Shown here one piece after another: positions 27,350 through 35,823 of a stretch of DNA of 40,673 nt (within the stretch, counting starts at the first letter, position 1; the number at the start of each line of letters is the position of its first letter). This DNA is from a virus. The notes beneath the pieces are model-generated. The model searched no databases. It was given only the letters and a program-made list of their open reading frames with translations, and was not told the origin of the DNA. Made by a program: the position numbers and the translations under genes. The DNA is taken from UHGV virus genome UHGV-1386588; one strand, written 5' to 3'.

Positions 27350-27636
27350 GCCTTGATTACCCCCTCTTTCAGCCAGATAACCTGCGTTCTCGCCATACCT
27401 TCCAGCGCGCATTCTTTAGCATACTCAGCATCGACAAAATGTGTACGGCGGTCGATCTCGTCGTGACAGGCAGAGCATGCAATGGTGGCAATAAGGTCTG
27501 GCGGTTTAATACCGGTGCCGCACAATCCAGCCAGCCGGATATGTGCCAGTACAGACGTTTCAGGATTGCCATTACATACGCCAGGGATTCTTACCTGGCA
27601 TTCCCGACCACGCGCTGCTTTTCTCAAATCAGCCAT
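27346..27636 (-). CDS. Cys-rich nin-region protein (DUF1364-like, putative zinc-binding)
   Basis: 96 aa with [12 protein letters not shown]...CSACHDEID cysteine pattern; GGAGGT RBS. Confidence 0.6.
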   Translation of the reverse strand: MADLRKAARGRECQVRIPGVCNGNPETSVLAHIRLAGLCGTGIKPPDLIATIACSACHDEIDRRTHFVDAEYAKECALEGMARTQVIWLKEGVIKA

Positions 27637-27799
27637 GTGACCTCCGCGCTTTCAGGCGATCCCATTTCACCTGGGTCAGTCGCGCGGTGTAGCCGAGCAG
27701 TGATGGGATTTCGGATGGCTTGAGTTCAGGCTTGCGCTTAGTGCGTGTCCGGACCCGGTAGATTTCGTTGGTGATGATGCGAGCGAGAGGGCTAGCCAT
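27629..27799 (-). CDS. ninE: NinE-like small basic protein
   Basis: Not in the ORF track (<60 aa). ATG overlaps the ninB stop (TAATG); 56 aa MASPLARIITNEIYRVRTRTKRKPELKPSEIPSLLGYTARLTQVKWDRLKRRRSHG shares the KRKP...W.RL.RRR pattern with lambda NinE as I recall it. Confidence 0.5.
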   Translation of the reverse strand: MASPLARIITNEIYRVRTRTKRKPELKPSEIPSLLGYTARLTQVKWDRLKARRSHG

Positions 27800-28236
27800 T
27801 ACGCAACCCTCCCGAAGTAATCACCTGAGTAGCGAACTTCACGGAGTTGCACGCCGTTTTGCACAGCAAATGCCTGGCTGTATTCGATGAGACTGGTCAT
27901 GCGACGGATGCCCATCTTCGCAGTGCTTTCCCGGATGGCGCAGAACTCCCCTTCCAGACCCGGCACCACTTCACCAGGCTTACCGGTGGCAATGGCATGG
28001 CCTGAGACATACAGGACTTTCCATGAAGCGAGGTCGCGCGACTTGCCAGCCCATTGCAATTGCTTCGCTGTATCGCCACAGAGAGCGTGGAAGAGGTCGT
28101 TTTGGGCGAGAGTGCGGTCAGCCTCAGAAAACTTCACCACGAGCGGCAGAGCGTCGTTAACAGGCAGCTTCCTGATGTAGTCGATGAGGTTATCGCGAAC
28201 GCGTTCGTCGCGGAGGTAGAAAACAGGCTGTTTCAT
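27799..28236 (-). CDS. ninB: NinB (Orf-family recombination mediator)
   Basis: Start at ATG 28234-28236 with GGAGGTG RBS; 145 aa; LAQNDLFHA...SWKVL matches lambda NinB motifs (LDQN...SWK). Confidence 0.75.
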   Translation of the reverse strand: MKQPVFYLRDERVRDNLIDYIRKLPVNDALPLVVKFSEADRTLAQNDLFHALCGDTAKQLQWAGKSRDLASWKVLYVSGHAIATGKPGEVVPGLEGEFCAIRESTAKMGIRRMTSLIEYSQAFAVQNGVQLREVRYSGDYFGRVA

Positions 28237-28449
28237 ACGCCACCTCCGAGAGGTAACGCAGAATACAGAAAATCGCAGGTGCATTTCTGCATCTGTGACA
28301 AGGTGAGGAGTTCAGATTGTGGTCGCATTTAAGTCCCCTTAAATGCGAAGAAGTCTGCCAGGGTTGTTCAGGCCGCTGGCAGATTTATTATGGCTCGTTG
28401 ATAGTGTTTTATCAAACGTTGCTTGACGTTTAGTTATGCGTCGAATGGG

Positions 28450-28785
28450 TTAGGCATCATCCACCTCTGGCTTTTTGAAATTAGCCTCGATGGACTCTCC
28501 TAGGCGCTTTAACCAATCAGCCAGTTTGAGCGCCGCGTCTTCCGGAGTTTTCTGTCCCGGAAAATCAGTGATGATGATGCTGGCTTGATGATTACCAAAC
28601 CCATCTCTGTTTATCACCATTCCCTGCTCAAGCACCGTCTGTTGGTTGCTGTGCTTAACGTAGTAACGAGCCTCAGAGCTTCCAGTGCTGCGCTCTTTGA
28701 CGTAAGAGACAAGCTCCACCTCAGTGGTGATGGTCTTACCACGCTCCGCCTCAAGACGCTGAATTAGCTTAACGAAATCGTTCAT
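28450..28785 (-). CDS. hypothetical protein (nin region)
   Basis: 111 aa, ATG at 28785 overlapping the upstream stop. Confidence 0.5.
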   Translation of the reverse strand: MNDFVKLIQRLEAERGKTITTEVELVSYVKERSTGSSEARYYVKHSNQQTVLEQGMVINRDGFGNHQASIIITDFPGQKTPEDAALKLADWLKRLGESIEANFKKPEVDDA

Positions 28786-29564
28786 TCGGCCTCCTGCTGC
28801 GGTGCAGCTGCCTGCTCAGCTGCCATAGCCGCATCGATTTGCTCGCGTAATTTAGTCGCGTGATAATCATCCTCTTCATCCGTGATGGTCTGCGACCAGA
28901 AAAGGCTATGGCTTCCGTAAACCATAGGCTCACGAACATCAACGGTTTTCGATACCAGCCAGTCCATGCGGCGTACGTCATCTGGAATCACCGGAGAGTT
29001 GCCACCCTGAACAGTAGGCATATCCGGACCTTTGCGAATCGCCATGGCAAGATCGATTTGGTCGTCGTACAACCAGTCACCTGTTTGCGGATGATTGGCT
29101 TCTGCCAATTGTGCAGCCCACTCCAGGCCGTCTTTGTGTCCTTGCAGATAGTCCAGCGGTAACTCATCACTATTACTTACAGGTTCGGCCTGAAGCATGG
29201 CGGCGCGATAGGCGTTCCAGCCGACAGCTTTTCCGTGTTCAAACGCGCTGTCAAAGTCATCATCAATTTCCATCGCAGCGGGCACAGATACCGGCGCTGG
29301 CGGGGCGGTATAAAACTTCGTCCCCAGCGGAAACAACTTCATCGCTTTTTCTCCCTTAATGATGCGATAAGTTGATTTCCCGCCAAGGTCTACCGTTCCA
29401 TCCATAATAAGGCCGTATCGCTTCTCTGAAACTTCACCAATAGGATCTGCTTCCAGTGATGCCAAAGCAATCCGTGCCACTTCCATTTGTTCGCTACGAG
29501 TAAGCCCGTTTTCAAGCGGATTTTTAATGAACAATTCAATACGTTCTTTGGTAATAGTGCTCAT
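28782..29564 (-). CDS. hypothetical protein (nin region)
   Basis: 260 aa, ATG at 29564 with GGTGAGGA RBS. Confidence 0.55.
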   Translation of the reverse strand: MSTITKERIELFIKNPLENGLTRSEQMEVARIALASLEADPIGEVSEKRYGLIMDGTVDLGGKSTYRIIKGEKAMKLFPLGTKFYTAPPAPVSVPAAMEIDDDFDSAFEHGKAVGWNAYRAAMLQAEPVSNSDELPLDYLQGHKDGLEWAAQLAEANHPQTGDWLYDDQIDLAMAIRKGPDMPTVQGGNSPVIPDDVRRMDWLVSKTVDVREPMVYGSHSLFWSQTITDEEDDYHATKLREQIDAAMAAEQAAAPQQEAE

Positions 29565-29567
29565 GGG

Positions 29568-29999
29568 TTAGTCCTCACCTTTCTGTTGCACTACCGGAAC
29601 CGATAAATCGACGCACCAGGAGATAACGCCGAATTGATCATCGTTCTGCGCTTCACCCCAAACGTAATATTTTGATCCTGGCCGACCCATTGCCGGGTCA
29701 AATACTTCTATGCCGCGTTCTGCCGTTAACGACATCAGAATCTGATGCAGGCCGCCTTTGATGTTCAGTGACGGAACGGTCAGGAAGTAAATAAACCCGT
29801 AAAGCAATTCGGCCTTGCGCTGGCTTCCGTAAAAATACGGGATTTTGTAATAATCCAGCGCGTCGTCGAGCCAGTCTGTTTTGTCGTGGAATTTCTGATG
29901 CCAGCGTTCCACTACCTCATCGACAGGTTGACCGGCAACCATTGCAACGCAGGTAGCCATGCAGGTGTTAAATGTTGGCTGCATTTGATGTTGAAGCAT
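29568..29999 (-). CDS. putative papain-like cysteine peptidase (C39-like fold)
   Basis: 143 aa; Q-x5-C motif (QPTFNTCMATCVAMVAG) near the N-terminus, then GGLHQILM and VFDPAMG: the Gln / Cys / His / Asp-Pro order and spacing of C39-like peptidases. ATG overlaps the upstream stop (TGATG). Motif-based only. Confidence 0.5.
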   Translation of the reverse strand: MLQHQMQPTFNTCMATCVAMVAGQPVDEVVERWHQKFHDKTDWLDDALDYYKIPYFYGSQRKAELLYGFIYFLTVPSLNIKGGLHQILMSLTAERGIEVFDPAMGRPGSKYYVWGEAQNDDQFGVISWCVDLSVPVVQQKGED

Positions 30000-30712
30000 C
30001 ACTCCCCCTTACCGATGCCAGCGGCGCGGTCTATGCGTTCGATTTCAGCCAGAATTAAAGCCCATGCTTTTACCAGGTTGCGACGGCGGGCATTTGGCTT
30101 CCACCATGAAGCATCCCAAGGCCACCCCCACGGCTTGCCACCATTGCGGTTAACAGTTCCTGTTTCGTTTATGTAACAAACCGCCGCCATTGCCAGTTCG
30201 CCGTTGCAGTGCTCGTCATCATGCTCAGGCGTCCATCCCTCAACTGATTGATGGCGTTGACGCTCTGCAATTACTGACTGAACGGCATTGGATAGCGATT
30301 TCACACCCTGCGCACGCACTTCAGCCAGGAAAGCGTCGGTGGCTGGGGTTTTGGCATTCTCCAATAATGCTATTGAATCCTGAGCGTCACAAAGACGTAA
30401 TAGTGCGTCCATTTGCTCGCCATCAGCGTCATAGCTGAATAGACCATGATCATCATGATGTGCTTCCATATTTTCTGAGGCCTGCAGTATTCCAGACTTC
30501 AGCCCAGCATTCTCCACAGCCAGCGCCGCGCACTTGGCCTCAAGGTTATCAATCGTGATTCCAGCAGAACGACACTCCCGCAACGCCGTTTCTAGTTTTG
30601 ATTCAAGTTCACCGAACTTACGGACAAGATATTCAGCGTTTGTTTCGTTAACCTTTAAATCTCGTGGAATGCACTTGCCACGCAGAAAACCTTCCATCTC
30701 AAATAATTTCAT
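29999..30712 (-). CDS. hypothetical protein (N-terminal coiled coil, Trp-rich C-terminus)
   Basis: Start at ATG 30710-30712 overlapping the upstream stop (ATGA); 237 aa; C-terminal WTPEHDDEHCNGE...GKPWGWPWDASWWKP motif; family not recognised. Confidence 0.5.
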   Translation of the reverse strand: MKLFEMEGFLRGKCIPRDLKVNETNAEYLVRKFGELESKLETALRECRSAGITIDNLEAKCAALAVENAGLKSGILQASENMEAHHDDHGLFSYDADGEQMDALLRLCDAQDSIALLENAKTPATDAFLAEVRAQGVKSLSNAVQSVIAERQRHQSVEGWTPEHDDEHCNGELAMAAVCYINETGTVNRNGGKPWGWPWDASWWKPNARRRNLVKAWALILAEIERIDRAAGIGKGE

Positions 30713-31053
30713 ACCCCTGCCCTCCCCCAAACCATCAATACTCGCTTCATCGCCGCGCTGTTGCGGCACTCCTGGCAGATCACGTTTGCCTCTGTACGCT
30801 GCACCAGCTTCGAATTTCCCTTCGGCATAGCCGGGATTGTTTCTGGTGCGTATTTCATGCCGTAATCGGTCAGCCGATAAAGCCGCTGTCCGTGCTTGCC
30901 TTCGAACTCGATCAAGCCGTCTGCCAGCAGCGTGCTCACCGTTCCGGATATCTTTTTGGTGGTCATGCCGATAAGCCCTGCCAGTTTGGCGTTGTTCAAC
31001 CCTGGGTTGTTGCGCAGGGCTGCCAGCAGTTGCTCACGAATTGTTATGGTCAT
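30709..31053 (-). CDS. small winged-helix DNA-binding protein (putative)
   Basis: Start at ATG 31051-31053 overlapping the DnaB stop (ATGA); 114 aa; REQLLAALRNNPGLNNAKLAGLIGMTTKKISGTVSTLLADGLIE looks like a MarR-type wHTH. Confidence 0.5.
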   Translation of the reverse strand: MTITIREQLLAALRNNPGLNNAKLAGLIGMTTKKISGTVSTLLADGLIEFEGKHGQRLYRLTDYGMKYAPETIPAMPKGNSKLVQRTEANVICQECRNSAAMKRVLMVWGRAGV

Positions 31054-32486
31054 CAGAACCCCCCTTTCTTTTTCGGCTGCTGCTCGCGCCCGCGGCGTTC
31101 TGCGGCGGCGGCCTGCTGGTCTGTGTCGTAAATTGCCCCGTTGATCTGATTGCAATAAACCGTTCCGGTACTGCCGTGGCGGTTGAGTCGCAGGATTAAC
31201 TCGGTTTCTCCAGGCGGCACGCTGTCATCGAAAGCACCTTCCCGGTGGATGCCAACCCAGTAGTCGCAGTCCTGCTCAATCTGTCCTGTGTCGCGGGAAT
31301 CGCTCGGCAACGGGCGTTTATTCACTCGCTTCTCCAGTTCGCGGTTGAGCTGGGTCAGCAGCACGACGACGCAGGCAAGCTCTTTGGCGAGGTTCTTCAA
31401 CCCTTTGGTGATCATCCCGTAGGCCAGGTCATTACGGTCGGCTTTTTCGGCTGTCATCAGCGTCAGGTAGTCAACCAGGATCATGCCTACGCAGCCCTTC
31501 TCGCGTTTGATTCGGCGGCTTTCGCTAACGATGTGCGCCAGTGACAGTCCCGGAGTGTCGTCGATGTACAGCATGTCGATTTCACTCAGCCGGCCAGCTG
31601 TAGCGATCGCCTTCTTAAAGTCTCCGTCGTAGTCGCCCTGGTACTGGTCATCGGCGTCATCCGTGGCGGGCATGTAAAAAATGCTCGGATTTACGCCGGA
31701 CTTCTGACCAACCAGTTTTTCGAGGATCTGGTAGCCCGGCATTTCAAGGCTGAACATCAGCGCTGGCTTTTTCTCACGAACCGCGCAGTTGATCGCCATC
31801 TGACCGTACAGGGTTGTCTTGCCCATCTTTGGCCTTGCGCCAATCACGAACAGAGAGCCTTTAACCAGACCTTTCGGCGCCAGCAGCCGGTCGAGTGACG
31901 GGATGCCGGTGCTCATGCCGCGCTGTTCGCCTGAAGGGTCAAAGCGTTTCTCCAGATCTGCTACCCAGTCATCCATAACCTCGCCGAACGACCGCAACCC
32001 ACGGCGACTACCGGTTTTTGAATGGTCTGCGAGCTGGGTGAAAATACCCTGAATGGCCTCGTACTTCTGCGTGGCGCTCATGCCATTGCGGGAATACAGC
32101 AGCTCAGTAGCTTCGGTCAGGCGGCTGATACCGTAGCGCTCCATTGCGGCTTCCCGGACTGACGCAGCGTATGCCACGATGTTTGCAGCGCTGGGAGTGT
32201 TCTTGGCTATCTCCGCCAGGTAAGCAAAGCCACCTACCTGCTCAGCGAGTCCTTTTCCTTCAAGCGCGTCGAACAATGTCAGGCCATCGACTGGCTTGTT
32301 GTCGCGGAACATCTGGCGCATCTCGGCAAAGATCAGCTGGTGAGGTCGGCTGTAAAACGACTCAGGCTTGAGCATCGCCAGAACCTTCTGGACTCGCTCG
32401 CTGTTGTCATCATCCAGCAGCAGGCCACCGATAACGCTCTGCTCTGCTTCGAGGTTTTGTGGTACGGCCATGAAATCAGCGGTCAT
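31053..32486 (-). CDS. replicative DNA helicase (DnaB family)
   Basis: N-terminal DnaB-like domain (EAEQSVIGGLLLD...ESFYSRPHQLIF); Walker A GARPKMGKTT; DnaB H2-H4 motifs; start +/- 5 codons (GTG 32489, ATG 32486, ATG 32471). Confidence 0.88.
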   Translation of the reverse strand: MTADFMAVPQNLEAEQSVIGGLLLDDDNSERVQKVLAMLKPESFYSRPHQLIFAEMRQMFRDNKPVDGLTLFDALEGKGLAEQVGGFAYLAEIAKNTPSAANIVAYAASVREAAMERYGISRLTEATELLYSRNGMSATQKYEAIQGIFTQLADHSKTGSRRGLRSFGEVMDDWVADLEKRFDPSGEQRGMSTGIPSLDRLLAPKGLVKGSLFVIGARPKMGKTTLYGQMAINCAVREKKPALMFSLEMPGYQILEKLVGQKSGVNPSIFYMPATDDADDQYQGDYDGDFKKAIATAGRLSEIDMLYIDDTPGLSLAHIVSESRRIKREKGCVGMILVDYLTLMTAEKADRNDLAYGMITKGLKNLAKELACVVVLLTQLNRELEKRVNKRPLPSDSRDTGQIEQDCDYWVGIHREGAFDDSVPPGETELILRLNRHGSTGTVYCNQINGAIYDTDQQAAAAERRGREQQPKKKGGF

Positions 32487-33381
32487 CACGATCCCCCTCG
32501 CGCACTTCGATGTAGAGCTTTTCGGTCAGGAACTTATCGAATTTCATGCGGCGCCAGGTCTTCCCGGATTTCTGGTCTGGTCGGTCTTCAAGCATCCATC
32601 GGCAGTTCTGAGCGATGTAACGCAGATAACTTCTGAAACCGTCCATGTCCATCGGCTTGCCGTCCAGGTTGCGGGCAATTTTGTTAGCCTTACCCCAGAA
32701 TGTGCGGATCAGATTGCGTCGCTCATCAGTGAGGCATCTCCATCCCCTGGCTTCAGGCAGTTCGTCTTTCAGGCATTGCCACACTTCATCGCATGACAAA
32801 CGAGACTTTTTCTCTTCAGCGGGTTTCTGGTCATTTGCGACATACTTACTACCGTTAGGTAGTAAGTTATTTAATATATTGTTATCTGTGGACACTGGCT
32901 GGACATCGGCTGGACACTCCACCTCCACAGGCATTGATATAACTGCGTTTGCGCTGGACACCGGCTGGACATCGGCTGGACAAAAATTTGACTGATATTC
33001 GTCATATTTGACCACTTTTAGAACAGTAAAACGGTTGTTCGATTTGGTGGTGATCATGCCCAGGTTCTGGAATTTACGGAGCAGTGATTTAACGCGATCA
33101 GCGGTCAAACCCGTTTCCATTGCCAGCGTGTTTCGCCCGGTAATGAACTCTCCGCGCTCGCAGATCACATCGCCGACATCAGTAGATACCAGTGTCTGTT
33201 CGTGATTAGCACGCAGGAGCATGTGAACCCATAAATGAGCCGCCTCAGCGTCCTTGTAGAACGGCACATCCATAATTTTACGGTGCAGCAAGGCAAACCC
33301 CTTACCGTCATTCGTGCGCGGTTTCTGGAGCCTTCTGGCCTCTCTGGCTTCGGCTAAATTGGATACGTTACCCACGGCCAC
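32476..33381 (-). CDS. replication initiator (lambda O-like) carrying the ori iterons
   Basis: About 300 aa immediately upstream of the helicase; iteron cluster inside the coding sequence produces repeated CPADVQPVS peptide units; start uncertain (GTG at 33381 or 33375). Confidence 0.65.
   Translation of the reverse strand: MAVGNVSNLAEAREARRLQKPRTNDGKGFALLHRKIMDVPFYKDAEAAHLWVHMLLRANHEQTLVSTDVGDVICERGEFITGRNTLAMETGLTADRVKSLLRKFQNLGMITTKSNNRFTVLKVVKYDEYQSNFCPADVQPVSSANAVISMPVEVECPADVQPVSTDNNILNNLLPNGSKYVANDQKPAEEKKSRLSCDEVWQCLKDELPEARGWRCLTDERRNLIRTFWGKANKIARNLDGKPMDMDGFRSYLRYIAQNCRWMLEDRPDQKSGKTWRRMKFDKFLTEKLYIEVREGDRDDR
32889..33030. repeat. replication origin: iterons plus AT-rich region
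   Basis: Two clusters of three TGGACA(C/T)(C/T)GGC repeats at 11-bp spacing (32889-32919 and 32956-32981), the second followed by an AT-rich tract (32982-33030). Confidence 0.7.
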
Positions 33382-33514
33382 TCTCCTTACGTTTCAGTTC
33401 TTCCAGGATGGCGCGCATCTTCTCTGCCACAATCGGGTTAACCGAGCGGATGAAGCGGTCGCGGGTTATGTTTTTATGTACAGCGGTATGGTAATAGCGT
33501 GGATTTTTTGCCAT
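33368..33514 (-). CDS. small hypothetical protein
   Basis: 48 aa from ATG 33512-33514 with strong RBS (GCAGGAGGAATA-ATG); the longer ORF-track version starts at a weaker upstream codon. Confidence 0.45.
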   Translation of the reverse strand: MAKNPRYYHTAVHKNITRDRFIRSVNPIVAEKMRAILEELKRKESGRG

Positions 33515-33603
33515 TATTCCTCCTGCAATGAGTGCACACGATTTGCATCTGAAGGCCAGTTCTGTTCGCGCAGACTGGCTTTCGCCATTTTTGAAACTTC
33601 CCA

Positions 33604-34146
33604 TCACATAACCCCCAACATCGAAGTGACCATAGCCATCAGCGGCGCGGTCAGATCCGGGTCGACACGGAACATCTCTACAATCCCCTCACTGAGTTCC
33701 TTGAGCTTCTGGTGACGCGGGGCGTTCATCGCAACGGCCACTTTCGCCTCGCTCGTTTCTTTCTCAAGTCGAGCTAAGCGGGACATAAAACTGTCCTCTG
33801 GAAGAAGTCGATGGCGATACTCCAGCGGCAAAACGGCCATGATTGCGGGCGTCAGCTGGCGCACGTTCTCGCGGTACTGCTCAGAGTCGAAGCGGTTATC
33901 CAGGAAGCGGAACAGCTTCTGGCGCGCCCGGCTGATGTCGTCCGGAAAGCTGATGGCGGTCCCGCCCTGCTCCCGGTATTCGTTGATGATCAGCGCTGAC
34001 ACCACGTCCTGATTATCCAGCGCCGATGACCAGGCACGGACCGCATCGCGGATCTTTTCGTGGTCCGGCGTCGCTTTAGCTTGAGCGCGGTTTATCATCG
34101 CTCCCGGGTGTATTCCGGTATTGTGTTGATACGCAAGTGAATGCAT
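33604..34146 (-). CDS. YdaT-like protein (cII-position regulator / putative toxin domain)
   Basis: 180 aa, ATG at 34146 with AAGGGA RBS, directly downstream of the cro-like gene; segment LTPAIMAVLPLEYRHRLLP resembles E. coli Rac YdaT as I recall it. Confidence 0.5.
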   Translation of the reverse strand: MHSLAYQHNTGIHPGAMINRAQAKATPDHEKIRDAVRAWSSALDNQDVVSALIINEYREQGGTAISFPDDISRARQKLFRFLDNRFDSEQYRENVRQLTPAIMAVLPLEYRHRLLPEDSFMSRLARLEKETSEAKVAVAMNAPRHQKLKELSEGIVEMFRVDPDLTAPLMAMVTSMLGVM

Positions 34147-34163
34147 TGCTTTCCCTTTCGTGG

Positions 34164-34397
34164 TTAGGCCGCAGTATCACGCGGCGATGCGAATACCAGG
34201 CTTTCTTTTAGGACCGGAGCCTGGCGGTGAAAATTCTTCGTGCCTTTCTCGATAGCAGATGCCATTTCTGGAGATGCCCGGCGATTTCCGTAGGCGATCT
34301 GGTCCAGGTAACCTGGCGTCGTGTTAGCCAACTTTGCGAGCTGCGCCCATTCGTCGGTAGTGGCGGCCTTGCGCCAGCGGTGTAGTTCAGTGCTCAT
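34164..34397 (-). CDS. cro: Cro-like HTH repressor (YdaS/Cro family)
   Basis: 77 aa, ATG at 34397 with GGAGA RBS; HTH DEWAQLAKLANTTPGYLDQIAYGNRR; divergent from the cI gene across the operator region. Confidence 0.75.
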   Translation of the reverse strand: MSTELHRWRKAATTDEWAQLAKLANTTPGYLDQIAYGNRRASPEMASAIEKGTKNFHRQAPVLKESLVFASPRDTAA

Positions 34398-34513
34398 TGG
34401 TGTCTCCGGGTGAGTCGTTTGATTTGGAGTTTAGCGTTATGCTAAATACTACGCAAGCATCATTTAGCAATTTGCACATTTATCATTTTGCTAAAAGCAG
34501 TAACAATGCAGGT
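34398..34513. promoter_or_regulatory. OR operator / divergent promoter region (pR, pRM)
   Basis: Perfect 17-bp palindrome TTTAGCGTTATGCTAAA (34430-34446) and related site TTTATCATTTTGCTAAA (34479-34495) between cro and cI starts. Confidence 0.7.
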
Positions 34514-35191
34514 ATGGAAAATAAAGAAATCAGAAAAGCCAACCTGGAAGCGCTGTACGAGAAGCGTCAGCACGAGTCTGGAATGACCAAAGCGCAGTTT
34601 GCCGAGCTCATCGAGACAAGTCCGGCTGCGCTTAGCCAGCTACTGGGACCAAACCCTCATCGCAATATCGGCGATAAGATGGCTCGCAAAATTGAAACTG
34701 CGCTTGATCTGCCTTTTGGCTGGATGGATGTTTTACACGCCAGTGAAGAACCTTCGAACGTTGCATTTCGAGGACTGAACGAGACAAAAGGAAGTTATCC
34801 TGTAATCAGCTGGGTAAGCGCGGGGCAATGGATGGAAGCTGTAGAACCTTATCACCGAAGAGCGATAGATCGCTGGTATGACACGACTGTTGACTGCTCA
34901 GAAGATTCATTCTGGCTGGACGTTAAAGGGGATTCTATGACCTCCCCGGCTGGACTAAGCATACCCGAGGGAGCAGCGATACTTGTTGATCCTGAAGTCG
35001 AGCCGCGCAACGGAAAGCTGGTTGTCGCGAAGCTAGAAGGCGATAACGAAGCGACCTTTAAGAAGCTTGTAATCGATGCCGGCAGACGCTTCCTAAAGCC
35101 CCTTAACCCCGCATATCCAATGCTAGAAATTAATGGAAACTGCAAAATCATCGGCGTTGTGGTTGATGCCAAAATACTAAACATCCCATAA
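34514..35191 (+). CDS. cI: CI-type prophage repressor (HTH + S24 LexA-like peptidase domain)
   Basis: N-terminal HTH (MTKAQFAELIETSPAALSQLL); C-terminal S24 motifs (GDSM Ser, downstream Lys); start at ATG 34514 (MENKEIRK...) as upstream ATG 34439 lies inside the operator palindrome. Confidence 0.85.
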   Translation: MENKEIRKANLEALYEKRQHESGMTKAQFAELIETSPAALSQLLGPNPHRNIGDKMARKIETALDLPFGWMDVLHASEEPSNVAFRGLNETKGSYPVISWVSAGQWMEAVEPYHRRAIDRWYDTTVDCSEDSFWLDVKGDSMTSPAGLSIPEGAAILVDPEVEPRNGKLVVAKLEGDNEATFKKLVIDAGRRFLKPLNPAYPMLEINGNCKIIGVVVDAKILNIP

Positions 35192-35210
35192 CCTCACGCA
35201 AAACCCCTCA

Positions 35211-35236
35211 AGCCCGCCATCGCGCGGGCTTTTTTA
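35211..35236 (+). terminator. rho-independent terminator after cI
   Basis: Stem AGCCCGC / GCGGGCT with 6-nt loop followed by TTTTTT. Confidence 0.75.
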
Positions 35237-35274
35237 CGTCCCGAATTACTTCGCTGTAAATTTTTAATCGCTTA

Positions 35275-35349
35275 TTAATCAATACGCTAAATAAAACCAT
35301 TCAATAATTTAGCATTTTGCTATTGCGCATAATTTAGCATCACGCTAAA
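35275..35349. promoter_or_regulatory. OL operator cluster / pL region
   Basis: Three sites of the OR-type 17-mer: TTAATCAATACGCTAAA (35275-35291), TTTAGCATTTTGCTATT (35308-35324), and perfect TTTAGCATCACGCTAAA (35333-35349). Confidence 0.7.
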
Positions 35350-35649
35350 TTTACCCCATCGAAACGAAACATCGACAGCTGAGCGAAGTTAGCCAGCGGC
35401 GGACAGCAAGTCGCCTGCTCATTAAGAATTCAGTCAAGCAGCAAATCACCCGGAGCGCTCCTGGCAAATTGAAATGGCGCCCAATGGGATTGAGGCAGGT
35501 GTGTAACGCGTGGCGGGTATAGCACACGAAGAGGACTCCGCACCGGAATGGTTTGCTGCTCAGTTCCCGAACATCGGGGAAGCTTTACCAGCAGCTCTTT
35601 GCGAGGGGCTGACGGCAAATCTACTCCACTTATTTAAAAGAGACGGTAT

Positions 35650-35823
35650 ATGGATAATCAGGATAATGAGTTAAGAAAGGTTGTTCAGGAACTTGCTGAT
35701 GAAGAAGGCATCAGCTTTTCCGATGCCCTAGATGTTTCGATTAAAGCGCTGCGTTATGAGGTAGAGCGCAGAAAATCGTTTAACGGTGAAGCTGCTTGTG
35801 ATGGCTCTGCAATTACTTCTTAG
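35650..35823 (+). CDS. small acidic ORF in the pL leader (hypothetical, 57 aa)
   Basis: Not in the ORF track (<60 aa). ATG at 35650 with weak GAGA RBS; translation MDNQDNELRKVVQELADEEGISFSDALDVSIKALRYEVERRKSFNGEAACDGSAITS; 3' end overlaps the convergent 92-aa gene by 11 nt. Confidence 0.35.
   Translation: MDNQDNELRKVVQELADEEGISFSDALDVSIKALRYEVERRKSFNGEAACDGSAITS

Noticed and set aside
32889-32981. Direct repeats considered as a possible CRISPR array or tandem-repeat locus
   Set aside because: Only six 11-bp units with no spacers, located inside the replication initiator gene and followed by an AT-rich tract: the signature of ori iterons, not CRISPR.
34397-34513. N-terminal 39-codon extension of the cI ORF
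   Set aside because: It would be translated through the operator palindromes and starts at a non-ATG codon facing the cro start; the ATG at 34514 is used instead.
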